Assembly (NCBI GenBank): GCA_001179505.1 | Contig: CDMY01000331.1 | Location: forward strand, 1 to 64,000 | From: Vitrella brassicaformis CCMP3155 | Taxonomy: Eukaryota > Protista > Chromerida | Direction of reading: 5' to 3' | DNA: 64,000 nucleotides | Part shown: one piece after another, positions 12,994 to 28,000 of the stretch | Position numbering within the stretch: the first letter of the stretch is position 1 | How the letters are laid out: every line of letters starts with the position of its first letter | The notes under the pieces: model-generated | Told to the model about the DNA's origin: nothing | What the model saw: the letters and a program-made list of their open reading frames with translations, nothing else | The model's database searches: none | Position numbers and translations under genes: made by a program

Positions 12994-15900
12994 ATGATTC
13001 GTCCCGGATCTGCGCTGGTCAAGGGCGGCAAGCCCAGGAGAACGCCACCCGGAGCCGCTGGACAGATTCTCACCGCCGGCAAAAAGGTATTGAAGCATTG
13101 AATTCATCCATCGAGAAACCACCCACATGCAAATCCATGTCTGTGTGCATCGCGCCGTCTTGATGTTGGCTGCTCAGACGGATGTGAAGAAGCCCGAGCT
13201 GTTGGAGTTCATCGAGCGTCATGACTACACGGGCGCCACGACGCTGCTGGAGTTCGAGAGGAAGGCACGTGAGGAGCGGCCCAACGCGCTGCTGTGGCTG
13301 GGGTACGCCGCCTTCCACAATGGCGACTACCGCAAGGCACTCGACGCCTATGATGAGTACCTCAGGTGAACTCATGAATGAGCATGTGCCTGTCCGTGGA
13401 TGGATGGATGGACAGATGGGCACCTGCATCTCTCCCTCTCTCCCTTTCTCTCTGTTTCTTTGTTTCTCCGTCTGCCCATATCTTTCCCCTCGTGCAGGTC
13501 GCCGTCTTTGCATCAGCAGAGGGCAGCCGGCGATGTGCACGTGTACCGCGGCTGCTGTCTGTACGCCCTCTACCGGTACAAGGAGGCCGAGGAGGCCGCC
13601 AAGAAGGGCACCGAGGGCTCACTGCGGACACGGCTCTTGTTCCACATCGCACACAAAGCCAACGACGAGAAGAAAATGGTGCGCGCACGGTGATGACTGA
13701 CAGAGAGAGAGAGAGAGAGGGAGAGAGAAAGAGAAAGGGAGAGGGGGGGTTGTGTCTGTATGGGTGTAGGTTGAGCTGCATCGTCAGCTGCAGAGCAGCA
13801 CGGAGGATCAGCTGTGCCTGGCGGCCATTCAGTACCTCAGGAACCACTACCAGGTAGGTGCCTCTCACACACACATATCGATGGATGGATGGATGGATGG
13901 AGGGCTGGATGTGGTTTATGTTGTGTGTGTCTAGGAGGCGACTGAGATCTACAAGCGTCTGTTGATGGAGAACCGGGACCACCTGGCGCTCAACGTGTAC
14001 GTGGCCTTGTGCTACTACAAGCTCGACTACTTCGACGTCGCTCTAGAGATACTTCACTCATACACACAGGCAGGACAGGCACCCAACCAACACCGACCCG
14101 ACATAACATGGCAGACAGACACGGATGGATGGATGGATGGATGAGTTTCATCCATTCTCGTTGATCTGTCTGTCCGTCTATCTGAGTGCAGGTGCACAGC
14201 GATTCCATCACGGGCATCAACCTCAAGGCCTGCTGCCACTTCCAACTCTACAACGGCAAAGCAGCCGAACAGGAACTCAAAGTGAGCGCATCTCTGGACA
14301 GCCAAACCCCCCACCCATCCCTCTCTCCCTCTCTGTCAGGCGTTGTCGAATGCAGCAGAGGCGGGGACGGTCCTGCAGGACAGCGACATACTCAGGTGTG
14401 CAATCGTGTACGGCTGCGGATGGATGGATGTCTGGATGGATGGATGGATGGACACGTGTGTCTTTGTGCCCACCATGAATGTATGTGCGTAGGCACAATT
14501 TGGTGGTGTTTCGCAACGGCGACAATGCGCTGCAGGTGCTGCCCGCGCTCGTAGACGTCATACCTGAGGCACGGTGGGCACACGGACAGGCAGACAGACA
14601 GACAGACAGGCAGACAGACATCCGTGTAGACGTGTATCATTCATAGGATATGGATGGAGGGATGGGTGGGGTGCAGGTTGAATTTGGTGATATATTACCT
14701 GCGGACAGAGGAGTACCAGGAGGCCTTCCAGCTGCTCAAAGACATGGAACCAAACATACCCAGGTACGTAGGGACGTGCCCGGGTGCCTGCACGCATCCA
14801 TCCATCCATCCATCCATCATAAGACACCTGAACACATGTATGTATGTGTTGGCTGGACCGCTGTATATAATCGATGGCAGGGAGTATGTGCTCAAGGGCG
14901 TGGTGTACGCCGCCCTCGGCCAGAAGAACGAATCACGGGAATACATACGACTCGCACAACAGGCACGCCACACACACATCCGTCATGCCATCCATCATGC
15001 CATCCGTCCGGCCCAATGAATCATTTGACCCACCGCGCACTGATACGTATCTGTCTGTCTGTCTGTCTGTTGCATGCATGTGTCACTCAGTTGTTTCAAC
15101 TGGTGGGTGCGGCGGCGACAGAGTGCGACACGATCCCCGGCCGGCAGTGCATGGCTTCGTGCTTCTTCCTACTCAAACAATTCGACGACGTCCTGGTACG
15201 CGCAGCCGTCCGCCCACCCACAGCCCCACAGACCAGACCCACAGTCATGTGTCTGGCCAGACACACATCACATAGACGCGCCCGCCTGTCTGTCTGTCCT
15301 GATTGATGTCTGTCTGTGTGCACGTGGCCTTGTCCATCCATCCATCTGTGTGCTGTGTGTGTGTAGGTCTATCTGCGTTCGATCCGCGGCTACTTCACCA
15401 ATGACGACGACTTCCACTGGAACTTCGGCATTGCGTGTGCGGCGGCTGGCGAGTACAAGGAGGCCAAGGACAGCCTCATGGCCGTTCAGTCCGACAAGTG
15501 AGTGAGTGAGTGAGCAAACTGGCACAGCACATCCATGGGGGGGGATTGACGTGCGGGGTGCTTTGGCTCCTTTCGTGTTGTTGGCTGCCAGGTATCGCAG
15601 TGAGTTCTGCTACGTGAGCTGGGTGTGTCGGTGCCACATCATGTGCGGGGAGCCACAGATGGCCTGGGAGGTAGGTCAGCCAAGCAGTCCAGTCAGCACA
15701 CCACCAACACCACCAACACCACACCCACTAAATGGGTTCATAGATAGATGGAAGTATGGCTGGCTGGATGCAGACGTATTCCCGCTTGGAGGGTTCGAGC
15801 GACGCCTTCAACCTGCTGACCATCATTGCCAACGACTGCTACAAAATGGGACAGTTCTACTGGTCTTGCAGGGTGAGTCAGTGAGTGAGTGAGTGAGTGA

Positions 15901-16452
15901 GCACCACGGTTGGTGCCCAATCAACACACGCATTGTTTGTGGCTCTGTTTCCTCCGTTCTGTTCTGCTGTCCGTCCGTCAGGCGTTCGACGTGTTGGAGC
16001 GGTTGGATGCGGACCCCGAGTATTGGGATGGCAAGAGGGGCGCCGCTGTGGGCGTCTTCCAACAGGTCATTGCCGGCAGGTAGCTACATCAATGACATGA
16101 CCAAATACACACCAACGAACGAACGAACACCCATACGAGCAGAAGGCGCGTACCAAACGGTGACCTCTCTCTCTGTGTCTGCGTGTTGTGTTGTGATGCA
16201 CACATAGGGAGACGCCAGAGCGTCTGCAGGAGGTGGTGTCTCTGCTGCGGTCCACAAACAATCCTCAGGTAAAACGGACTTATACATATTCCTCGGCCCA
16301 TCCATCCATCCATCCATCCATCCATCCATCCATCGGTGGGCGATGTGTGTGTGGTGCACTGCCGTGTGGTGCCGTCTTAGGTGGAGTACATGATCAACAA
16401 GGTGATCAAGAAGTGGGCCAAGGAGAACCGAGTCAACCTCGACCTAGACTAG
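12994..16452 (+). CDS. IFT56: Intraflagellar transport protein 56 (TTC26/DYF-13), multi-exon
   Basis: Exons reproduce TTC26 peptides in order: [126 protein letters not shown]. Start codon inferred. Confidence 0.95.
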
Positions 16453-16567
16453 CTGATAATGTATGTATGTGGTCACATGCCATGCGCACCCATACCATAC
16501 ATGGGTGTGGAGGCAGACAGACAGACAGAGCAGCCGTGTGTATGTGTTTCGACGGGTCAATCGACCA

Positions 16568-16598
<31 letters not shown>

Positions 16599-16842
16599 GT
16601 GTGTGCAGTAGATCCCTCTAATTATGTGTGCTTGTCTGTGTACAGGCGTCTAAATGTGTGGGTGCCGGTGCTGTGTGGTGTGTTGATAGATGGATCACCG
16701 ACCTGCCGCTTGACTCATCTCAACCCTCGTTGTTGGTGGACGGGCATTCCGTTAAACAGATTCTCAACAAATGATCAAGCTTGCAAATGATCTCGCCGCC
16801 AGAGTGGAGAAGAAGCAGGTCTCTCAGCAGGTTGAATAGACG

Positions 16843-19504
16843 ATGAGCGTGCATTACAAACCAGCGGCGAACGGCCTCCACGTCGGCCCACATCTCCCTA
16901 CATCCCATCAATTGCATCCCGTTGACCTCCCATTGCCAGCCAACGACATGATGGACATTGAGCCGCTCAGCCTGGACGAAGCCTCAATCGATGACGTCGT
17001 GGCCCTTGCTGATGGACATCGAGACGAGAAACAGGAGAATATCGACCACGGTTCGATGCGCGAGGCGGTGGACGGCTGCGACGAGGCCCCATCAGAGTCT
17101 CCCGTCCTTGGCGACGTTTCGCTCCTCACGGAAGACTTCTTAGTCCGACGCGGTCCGGGGGGGACAGCGAGGAGGGAAGAGAAGTTTGCCTACGAGGAGT
17201 TTTCCGCTGCCTACGAGACGCGAGTCAACGACAGCGGGGAGGTCGAGGAGAAGTTCGTTGCTACGACCCCATTCACACCAGAGCCCTTCATCAAGACGAT
17301 GCAGCGGGTAGCACGGGTTTTGCTGTGTCAATTCTTCAGTGCAGTGGGGTTTGCAGCCGCCTGGTCGCTGTTTTGCGTGGGTGTCTGGCAGACTTGTGAG
17401 TACCACATGTCAGTCCCTGGGTGGATCGTGCTCGACGGACTCCGACTCTTGCTGCCAGCGGTTTGCTACAGTGGCATCTTATTCCTGATGGCTGAAGGAG
17501 ATGTCAGCAGAGCCATGCGGCGCTTCCGGACCGCATGGTGGCTCCCCGTGTGTATCATACTGCTGCAATCTCTGAGAATCGTATTCCATTATGTGGACGC
17601 AATTGATTCCATAGTGAGGAAGCTCACATTCTTTGCGGCTTGGTCAGTCTTCGCTGTGCTCGTGCCGTTCGTTTTCTTTCGCTGGACCGCCCACTGGAGG
17701 AAGGAGACTGTGCGGAAGACAGTCTACGCTTTGCAGCTGACATTAATGAATGCGAGCAGCTGCACAGTCTCGGCGATCATCCAGTGGTGGGTCTTCTTAC
17801 CGCTCGGCGCACGAGTGGCGACCGACGGCGAGAGGACGCGCCTTGTGGTGGTCTTCTTGCTTGCCCTATCGCCGCTGGCTGGCCTAAGTACGTGATACAT
17901 TCGTATGTTGCAATGACGTGCATTTCTGCGGGATGGCCTGTTTATGATTTTCCATCAGTGGGCTGGGCAAATCGTGCCGTACGCGAAGGGCCAGTTTTGA
18001 CTACAGCACCAAGTCTCGCCTTTGCAGCCGTAGCCTTCTCGCTGTTTCCTCGGTAACAAACGAGTTGGGGAGAATGGAGGATTGCCATATCGCTGCAGCC
18101 TTTCGATGTGGGGCGGATGGCAGAATGGTACAATCAAAGATGAGCACTCTCTCTGCGGCCCAGATTCTGACATCATTCATGTACAGTAGGCACCTGCTAC
18201 AATGCAAGCTTTGCAATCAATGTGTTGGATATCAATCCTCAGGTTCGGCTGCTTCGACCTCGCCACAGACGTCACCATACCCTATGGTCAATCAAAAGCA
18301 AGTCTGAAATTCAGTCTGCCTACTGCATACCAGACTATGTCTCCTTGTTTCTCTTCTCGATACGGGCAGGCGTCCTTGTGGGTGGCGCGTGCAGAAAACT
18401 CTTCTCGCGACTGATGAGCAGGCAGAGGATTCGCGAGCACCACTGTGATGCTATCGATGCCATTGACGTCAGAGACACTGAGGAATCTGTCGTGAATGAC
18501 ACCAGCCCCGACAAGTCAGCTTGTCAGCTCAGCAATCTTTCCACTACGGTGACAGAATCCCCTCGTCAGCTCAAGAAGGCTTCCGATCGTCTTCGGCACA
18601 CCTTCAGCCGCTCGTCGTTCGCATCACAGCTCAGCGCCATACTAGACGCGCAATCCAAATTGCGTCTGACATTCCATCCAATATTCCTTCGCCGGCTCAG
18701 CGACGTGAGCATTTGGGCTGTGGAGAAATAAGGCCAAGAGACATATACACTCTGCCCCTGTCTCCGCGTTGCAGCAAGTGCATTTGTACGGCCTGGCGGA
18801 ACTGACTGCACTGGTCGGTACTGTTGGCGGAATGTACGTAGCAAAGTGGAACACTCCCGGACTGTTTTGGTTTGCAGGTCTTCTCCAATTTGTGCTCCAT
18901 TATCTTCGAGCAGGTAGGTGTGTGTGATGGGCAATGCGTCCGGTCGAATATACGTATGTATGTATTTTGTGATGCAGATGCTACATCCATCTGGCGAGCG
19001 CCTGGCAGAGAGGGTCGCTGGCCTGGCGGTTCTTGTGCTCATCGAAATGGGCCTCGAATTCCTTCTCTTCTGTGTGAGTACCACTTGATGGCTCATACAC
19101 AAGGCAGCCGACGTGTATCATGTCTCTCTCTCTCTTTTTGTGGCCTGGCTATACGCCTGTCTGTCTGTATGTATGTCTGTATGTCTGTATGTATGTGTGC
19201 AGTACCTAATTCGCTTCACCAAGTAAGAGACACAAACAGAAGCTCTTGCCTTCAGATATATAAGAGTTCTTTCTGTGTGGGATTGTGTAGCCTGCCTTTG
19301 TGCAAGAGTGAGAGCGAGCCAAATGCGGTAAGAATACGACTGCTGGCCATGGCGGTCGGCGGCAGTTTATGCGTCTTGCACGGGGCGGCCTATATCAATA
19401 TGTTTGTCTTGCGGTCTCTCGGTGAGACATACCGACATATGACTGTTAGGGAATTCTGCCCTCACGACTCTTTCATTAGGGAGGCTTATGAGTGGCACAG
19501 GTAG
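16843..19504 (+). CDS. Hypothetical multi-pass membrane protein, multi-exon
   Basis: 350-aa first exon: acidic N-terminus followed by several hydrophobic segments. Further hydrophobic exons (TAPSLAFAAVAFSLFPR, VAGLAVLVLIEMGLEFLL, LLAMAVGGSLCVLHGAAYINMFVL) up to TAG at 19504. Exon joins tentative. Confidence 0.6.
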
Positions 19505-20611
19505 CAGAAATGCGACACATGAGGGCCGCCACCACCGCCTGCAGCTGCTGCAGGGGCCGGTGCGTCACTGCTGTTGCTGCTAGGACCGGGGAGCTACTTG
19601 AGCGGAGCAAATCCGTCTGTCAGCTTTGTGTGGGGGGCTTGAGATGTTGGCTGTAAGGCTCATTTTTTCTTCTTTTGCCGCTCGCTCCCTCTCTGCGGTT
19701 TGTCCATGCATGGCCACGGAGGCGTATCAGCGCCCCTTCACCGAGTGTGAAGTGAGTTTAAAGAACTGTGAGTCAAGTGACACATATGACGCGTAGACGA
19801 GACACAATAGTTACTTGGCGCATCGTACACGCGATTGACGCGATGCGAGTGGAATATGAAGAATGTGCCACACGTGCATCACTCATGCGCTTTTTGCGAT
19901 GTGCAGCGGAGACATTCGGCCCGCCACTCAGGAAGAAATTGCTGAAGGAGCACACTGATGTTAGTATGTCTGCTTGCGTCTGTCTCTCTGTGTGACCGTC
20001 TCTCTGCCCGTCTGTCTGTCTCTGTCTGCCAGGCTTTGTTTCGGCCGATATGGCAGCCATCTTTCTTGTCTCCTGCACACCCAGTGTGTGCGCAGTAGGT
20101 CGGTGCGCAGTCATGGCAAATAAGGATGAGTAAGTGGTGGGTGGGGAATGAGTGAGGATGCCATATATTTGCAAGGTGCTCGGCACTTTTTCAATGTGCC
20201 TGGAGAGACAACTTTGTGTGTGTCGTTCACGGGTCAAAGCGCATTTATGTTATGCAAAACACGCGTCGCGTCCGTGAGTGAGCGAGCAATGAGTGAATGA
20301 TACATTCCCACATAATCGATATCTAGAGGAAAAAAGTGCGGCAGCAATAGGCAACGGGGCAGGCAGGCAGGCAACTTGAAGTCACTCACCGACCCACCCA
20401 CCCATCATCCCACCCCCCATTGGTCCATCCATCCATCCATCCCAGCATCAGTCGACAAATACATACCCTCGGCTCATTCTTCATCCTTGCCCCCACCACG
20501 CAGTCTCTCTCCCCGCCACTGTCAGATGCACACACAGATGCCCCACACACCACACACCGTTCCATCCCGCTCCCCCTGTGGTCTGGTCTCTCTCTGTCTT
20601 CATGTCACAGA

Positions 20612-23600
20612 TCACATCCGAATGCCGAACTCTATGTCGCCTAGCCTGGCGACCTCTCGTGCGAGGGTCTCCGGCACATGGATGGCGTTCAGGTGAGTCG
20701 TGAACTCACTCTCGTCCGTGAGCACCTCCCTCAGTCGCCCCAGCAGCCGTCGCGTCTCGTCCAGCCCCTCACACCGCACCAGCGTCGGCTGCAGCATCTT
20801 GCATATCGCCACGGCCGTCACGAACAGGGTCACCTCTCCGTCCAGAAAGAACGTGTCCCACACGATACTCGCCAGGTCCAATGGCAGCACTTTGGCGTAG
20901 AGGGTCAAGAACCACTCGAGCAGAAACATCTCCACAGACAGGTCGATGGCCTCCCAGTGGCGGTGCAGATCGGGAAGGTTGGCGTACAGCAGCGAAGCGA
21001 AGATGCGGTAACGGCGCGACAGGTGGGCGGGGTCCATCTGGTAGAGGCCCAGCAACGACGGCCGGTTGAGCAGGTTGCACAGGCAGATGAAGGCCGGCAG
21101 CGGCTGCATGAAGATCAGCAGCATCGCTGCCAAATAAGACATCCCCTGCACGTACCCAATGTCCGGCCTGATGGACACATCATCACAACACAACACAACA
21201 CAAAACAGAGAGAGAGTCTCCCCAACCACTCACACCCCAGTCCATGCACACGTCAGGCACCGCACTCACCTGTAGAATGTCCAGGCCTCCAGGATGTCCC
21301 TGCAGTGGTCGTGCAGCGGCCCCGTCTGGTGGAAAAAGGCCAGCGTGGGAAAGGTCCGCGGCAGGTCGAATGGGATGCAGTGAATCGACGCCTCCTTCCC
21401 CCCGCCGCCCCCGCGGCTCATCACCACCAGCCCCTCCCCCTCCCCCTCACCATCCCGCGCACGCACACGCGCCCGCCTGGCCTTCTGCAAATGGATGTCG
21501 AACAACTCTGGGGTGATTCGCAGAGCGTTGCCGAGTGCCAGTGGCCACACGATCTCGCGGATCTTGGGAGGGAGGCCCTGCCGCCAGAAACGGTCCATCC
21601 GAGGGGATGGCCGGGTGCCTGGCGTCCAGGTGGGCAGGAGCTCTTGGAGCCAGACGGTCGTGTGCCGCGTCAGCCGCAGCTCCTTCTTGTCCTCGGCCTG
21701 CTGCTTCATCGCACTGCAGACAGATAGACAGACAGACAGAAAGACAGAGCGGAATGTTCTGTGTCTTTCTTCGGGCGGGTGCAAATGCCGGCTGGTTGTG
21801 TGCACCGTGAGTGCGTGCACTGACCGTTCTCTGGCCTCTAGTTGCAGCTGTGCCTTGTACCTTCGTTCGACCTCCTGCACCTCCTTCATGTGCTTGACCG
21901 CCTCACGCGACGGCTTAGGCGGCAAATTCGGAGGCCTGCACAGAGAAAACACAACACAACACAGACAGATCACGCACACGCACAAGTCGCCTGCCCCCAG
22001 ACACCAAGATGGCTTTGTCTCTTGGCCTCTCCTCTCCCTCGCCCCTCACCTGAAGGTCTCATATCCGTCGAGCCCCTTCATAGCGCTCTCCTCCAGCCCC
22101 CCACCGATGCCCTGCTGCTGCTGCTGCTGCTGCTGGCCGGCGGCGGGCGTTGGGAACACGCCGCCTCCCCTCGGCTGCTCGCCAACCGCCAGTAGGAAGG
22201 GCGGCGACGGCACGCGCTGCGTGTCGTCAGATCCGGGGTGGTTGGGGCTCGGCGGACATGCAGATGGGGGCAGCGAGGGCGACATAGAGTCGGCCACCAG
22301 CACGGTTGGCAGGGAGTCCGACCTGGTGCATGAGGGGGAGGGGTCCTGCTGGTGATGGGCGTGGGGGTGGTACGGGGGCTGTTGCTGCCTCTTCGCCGCG
22401 GCCTCGGCTGCTCTCGTGAGGAGAGACTTGCGCGGGGGGTACTGGTGGAGGCCCAAAGGGATCGGCCGCAGCTCGTGGCCGTCAGACTCCCTCTCGTTGT
22501 CGGACGAACAGCACATGGCGTGGGGGCCCACCTGGGAGTCAGAGTACATCCGTCTCGCCGTCACTTCACGCTTGCTGCCCGAGTGAGAGTGGTGGTGGTG
22601 GTGCTGGTTCCTCCTTGTGTGTCCTCTGTGCTGCAGCCCGTTGTGTCTCTCTATGGCGTCGCCATCGTCAGAAGTGTCCTCCTCGCCGATAGAGAAGAAC
22701 CCATCAGAGTCCTCCCCTCCCTCATCTCCCTCGCTCCCACTCGACGACTGCGGTGTCGTGTAGGCCTTCTCATCAGCCGCCGGCCTCTGCGGCCGGGGGG
22801 ACGCCCCAGGGCTGCTGGCCGCCGTCAGGAGATCCTCATCGCTGCTTTGAGTGGATACCGTCACCATCACATAGTGCGGCCCGCAGGCCAGGTCGGCGAT
22901 AGTGGAGCCTTCGAAGGACGACAGACGGAAGGGCGGTGCGATGGCGGTCATGGGCTCCCTTCGAGGGTCGGTGAAGAGGTCATACCCCCACACGTACACC
23001 GACCCGTCGGCGTAGGCCACCGCCGTGTGGTAGGGGCCGCACGCCGTGTGGCGGAGGCCACCATGCTCCCGGTTCACATCAGCAGAAGAGTCGATGGCCA
23101 CCTGCACAGGCGATATCGCGCTGTCATGGTCGCTGGGAGGGAGGCCGAGCTGGCCGAGCTGGTTGGACCCGGCAGCGAAGATGCGGCCGTCGGTGAGCAG
23201 GAGGACAGTGTGGTCGTACCCACACCGCACCGCCGCTATGCCCACGTTGGCCGCGCCCCTTCCCCCGCCACCACCACCACCACCTGACGGCCATGGCGGC
23301 ACTGGCCACACACCGCCTGACGGTGTCTTGCTGGCCGTCACGGGATGGAAAGGGTCAGCACGCGGGGTTGACGGCTCTGACGACGGTCCCTGGCTCGACC
23401 CCGCCATGGTGGAGGCCTCCGTCTCGTTGACCGTTGCCGCAGACGACTCGCGTCTGTGCCGCTTGAAGCCCAGACGTGGTGGCGGGGGCGGGGGGCGGTG
23501 CAGCACCGCGTGGCTGGTCGGCGAGGCGCCGCCGAAAGGACTGCCAGAGTCGTGGTGGTGGGGTGACGACTGCCCCACTACGGTGGCCCTCCACCTCGCA

Positions 23601-24880
23601 GAGAGGGTCTTGCGCGAGGGTTGTGGATGGTGATGGTGGGGGGGCTGGGTCGACGATACACCCGGTGGCTGTGCGGTGCCGGCACTGTTTGTTGGGCCTG
23701 TGAGACGATAGCGGTGGAACGACACCAGCTGCGGCCAGGATTGGGTGGTCTCGGAGGTCTCGTTGAAGAGCCGGCCGTCGAGACCACAGCCCCACGAGTA
23801 AAGGTCATCGCGAACCGTCGCTGCAATCCAATCCACCACAACCATGCCATGCGTGATATGTGAGCACCCTGTCTGTCTGTCTGTCTGTCTGTCTGTCGGT
23901 GTCTGTCCTCTTTGCTCTTCCTCACCGATACAGTGGTGGAATCCACAGACGACGCTGCGCACCCTCCGGCCGACGAGCGAGTTGAGGACCGTGGGCTTCG
24001 ACACGCGCTTCTGAAGCACCTCGGGGCCCAGCCCCAGACCACCTGAACCAACGACACAGACAGACAAGACAGCACATCCACTCGATCTATACCTTCCTGC
24101 CTGCCTGCCCCGCATTTCTCGGTAACTGACTGACTGACCGTATCGTGACTCGCCCCACGAGAAAACTGCCCCAGTTTCCGACACGGCGAGGGCGAATGTG
24201 CCGCCACACGCCACCTGCACTATACTGTGCCGCTGCAGCGACAGCACCGGCTCCCATCCAAAGGCCACGCCGGTCTCCTTCTGGCTGTGGCTGTGGCTGG
24301 TGTGGGGTGCCACAGACGGGCTGACGCACGGCGAGGGTGGCTCGGGTGCAGCACCACCACCACTGGCAGGTGACATGTACCTCCACTGGTAGACGTCGCC
24401 GGAGCTGAGGACGGCGACGCTCTGGTTGAGGTGGTTGGCCACCTGCCTCACGTGCTTGCCGTACATGGCGCGCAGACGGGCCATGCACCGATCCAAGCTC
24501 AAGTGGAACCGGACCGGTGGATCGCCGGTGGCCCAATCCCTCAGCTCCCTCGTGCCAGTGGTGGTGATGGGGGTGGAGGTGGAGCCAACCTCTGAGGAAG
24601 CCTCACCATCTGCAATGCCGTTCGCTGTCTGCTGCTGCTGCGGCAGGTCCAGCCACTGGTCGGCTTGTTGGATGCACCAAGAGTAGATGTCGAGTGTCAC
24701 AGCGCTTTGGCCGAAGTTGACGCCGCCGCAGGATATCCACCGGCAGGGCGGGGAGTCGATGAGCAGAGTGGGCGAGGGGAGGCACAGGGCGCCCAGATGG
24801 CCGAAACCATAAGTCAGGTGGGACGCCGGAGGGCCTCTCGTGTCCTGCTGGTGGTGGGGAGGGGCCGAACGGTGCTCCAT
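20612..24880 (-). CDS. RCC1-repeat plus TBC (Rab-GAP, TBC1D12/14-like) domain protein
   Basis: N-terminal RCC1 repeats (IVQVACGGTFALAVSETGAVFSWGESRYGQ; VRCGYDHTVLLLTDGRIFAAGSNQLGQLG). Then RPPNLPPKP...WRQGLPPKIREIVWPLALGN, DLPRTFP (catalytic Arg finger) and YVQGMSY (Gln finger), typical of TBC1D12/14. Confidence 0.9.
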
Positions 24881-25091
24881 CGCATCACGAGCTGCTACCT
24901 CAGCACATCTTGACAAGCGAACATCTCAATCGCCTCGTCCTTGACCTTTTGCTGCACTCACTGCCCAACTCTCTGGTTCGCAAGCTCAGCTCGCAGATCT
25001 TCGCCGAGCTCGCAGACCACACCAGGCTGAACTAGGGAAGAGCCCAGATCAGGGAGCCTAGTGAGTGAGGATCTGCCCCTCTGGCGCCGTC

Positions 25092-28000
25092 ATGTCCTCA
25101 CCAGCAGCGGCAGCAGCCAATGACGCAGCCCCGCCCCTCCCTCCCCCAGCCGTAGCCCAACCAGCTGATGCAGGTGCGTACAGCAAGGCTTTGGAGGAGA
25201 GGCTGCGAGTGGCGGAGCAGGAGGTGGAGAGGCTGCGGCAGCAGCAGAGGGAGCGGGAAATGGTGCACACCAGCGAGGTGCAGCAGCTCATTGCGCAGAA
25301 CCAGGAGCTGCGCAACGACGCCGCCACATACACCACCGTGGCCAACATGGCAGCCTCGCAGAGGCAGGTTCGATCTATCTAGTCTAGATCCACACCCACA
25401 TTACACAGACAGGACATGTCATGCACACCTTAGGTGACTCACTGCCTGTCTGTCTGTCTCTATCTCTTTTTCTGTGCCATGCCATTCCATGCCATGCCAT
25501 GTGTGTGTGATGGCTGGTCGGCTTGGCTTGGCTGTTTGTTTGTTTGATGTATGCAGTCTGAGGAGGTGGAGCGGCTTCAGCGCTTGACAGAGGTGCAGGA
25601 GCAGCAGCTACTCGACCTGAGAGAGAAAGTCAGGTGACTGAGTGACGTGACCGGGGTCACACACGTGCACACGAAGGCACAGCCCAACACACAACCACAC
25701 ACGTGGATTGGATGCCTCCACTTGTCTCACGTGTGTGATCAGGTCTCGCGAGGCGGAGTTGCAGACGGCGTGGGGTCGTGTGAGTGCGGCCAACGAGCAG
25801 GTGGCGCAGCTGACGCTGGAGGCTGACCAGGCCAAGAAGGAGGCCGTCCGTGCGGCACTCATGGCGCGCGACGAGGGACACCAGATGGAACTCAGGGAAC
25901 GGCTGGACCGGTGAGCCAGCGGTGCAACCAACACAGACAGACCCATTGAGTTAACAGTCCTTTCCTTTGTGTTGTGTTGTGTATACCATGATCGATGGAT
26001 CCACTGCTAGTGCTAGCGTGTCAGTGCTTGGCGTGGCCGAGCGGCATCTGCAGGGACGGGAGCTGCAGACACAGCAACTGCTGGTGAGATTGGATTATGA
26101 GAGAGATGGTCAAGTGAAACACACCCCGCACGAGGGATGTTGACATACATCTGTTTCTCTCACTCAGTATGAGTTGGACAAGAGGGACAAGATCGTGTCG
26201 ACGATGCGCAACGAGATGCGCGGCAAGGACGAGGCGCTGCACGCACTCAGACAAGAACTGCAGAAGGCCCACGAGGCACTCGAACTGGTACGCACCAACG
26301 ACTGACTACATACCCACCCACGTGCAGTGCACGCCACGCGAATGCCGGTCGGTATCTCTATCTTTGTCATGTTGCCTTGCACTGCACACCCACACTGACT
26401 GATAGGCGGAGCGCGGCAAGACAGTGACGTCAGAGAAGAGCCGATCCGACGCCGAAGCTATGGTCAGCTGCTGCACACAATCCTCCAAGCATGTGTTGCG
26501 TTGCGTGTCGATTCTGCTTTACGCAACCCACATGTATACATCTCTGCTGTCTGTCTGTCTGTCTGCTTTGTTGATCAATCATCCTTTGCCGTCCGTCAGG
26601 TTCAGCTGAATGCGGCTCAGCTGCATCAGACGAGGGCACAGGCAGAGGTCCTGCAGGAGCGATGCAGAAAGGTCAGTGAGTGAGTGAGTCAGTAAGGCAC
26701 CCAACGGCCACGGACAAAAAGCAAAGACGGTCACGTGTCCCTCCCTTCGTGGATCGGTCAGCTGGAGGAGTTGCTGCGCGACAAGGACGACGAGACGCGC
26801 AGCTTCCGCACCCAGCTCTGCCAGCGGGACGAGGTCATCGGCAGGCTCAACAGGGACCTCAACGACGCCAAATTCGAACTCTCCGTCAGGGACATGCAAA
26901 TCAACGAAAGCGAGAAATCGGGAATCAACAGGTAGGCAAGCCAATCAAATCAATGCACTGACTGATTTGAAAGATGGAGAGGGGGAATGGCACGAAAGAG
27001 AGAGACATGAAGTGCCCATGTGTGTACGTCTGTCTATCATGTCCATCCATCCATCAGGGAGTCCCACCTGGCGTCCGAGATGCGTCGGCTGCAGGAGAGA
27101 CACGACAAGACGCTCAAGATGGAGGTGAGTGAGGTGCGTCCGTCTGGAGTCACCCACCCGCACCCCCCTGTGATGTGTCTTCCCGACCCTCTGTGTCGGT
27201 TGGTTCAGTGCGAGCGTCGCGAGTCGGTGATCGGCGAAAAGGACGCGGCCATCGCCAAGCTGCAGGAGGCGATGAAGGACATCAACGGACGGCTGGAACG
27301 AGCCAACACTGAGGTTCGGACGTGTGTGTGTGACGTGACACCAGATATAGATTGAACGGCCCCATCCATTGGTGCGGTGCCTTTCTTGTTGTTTTGGTAC
27401 GGTACCTACCTCAGGCGCACCGTTTGTCCATGACGATACAGTCCAAGGAGAGTCAGAATTTGGAGCTGCGGGAGCAGCTGCAGGACATGGAGGCCAAGAT
27501 GTACGCCACAGACCTGGTAAGTAAGGGACCTGACCCAGCAGGCCTGACTGGCAATCTGCCAGTGGAAGGGTGGGCACCTTTTGGTAGGGCCTCGCCTTCA
27601 TCTCTGTCTGTCTGTCTGTCTGTCTGTCTGTGTCTTTTGCCGTTTATTTATGTCGGTCTGTCTGTCAGACGAACGAGTTGGAGCTGACGCGCCAGACGGA
27701 GTCCGAGCTCAGGCGAAAACTCAGAGAGGAACGGGTGGGTGGGTGGGGTACCCATCCATACCACACGACGCACATCAATTGTGTTATGCCGTCTTTCTGT
27801 CGCAGGAGCGCAATGAGGTTCTCAAAGAGGACAGCCGCCTCCTGCAAAAGGCACGCACACACACACACACACACAGAGATGAATGCAGTCCATCCAGGCA
27901 AAGCCAAGCCCTCGTGTGGTGTGGTGTGTTGTGTCCTTTCTTCTCATTGTGCAGGCTCGTCACGACTACTCGGGGTTGCAGAGTGAGTTGGTGGAGCACA

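Noticed and set aside
20678-23633. Long plus-strand ORFs opposite the RCC1-TBC gene
   Set aside because: Antisense shadows with no motifs; they run through microsatellite introns.
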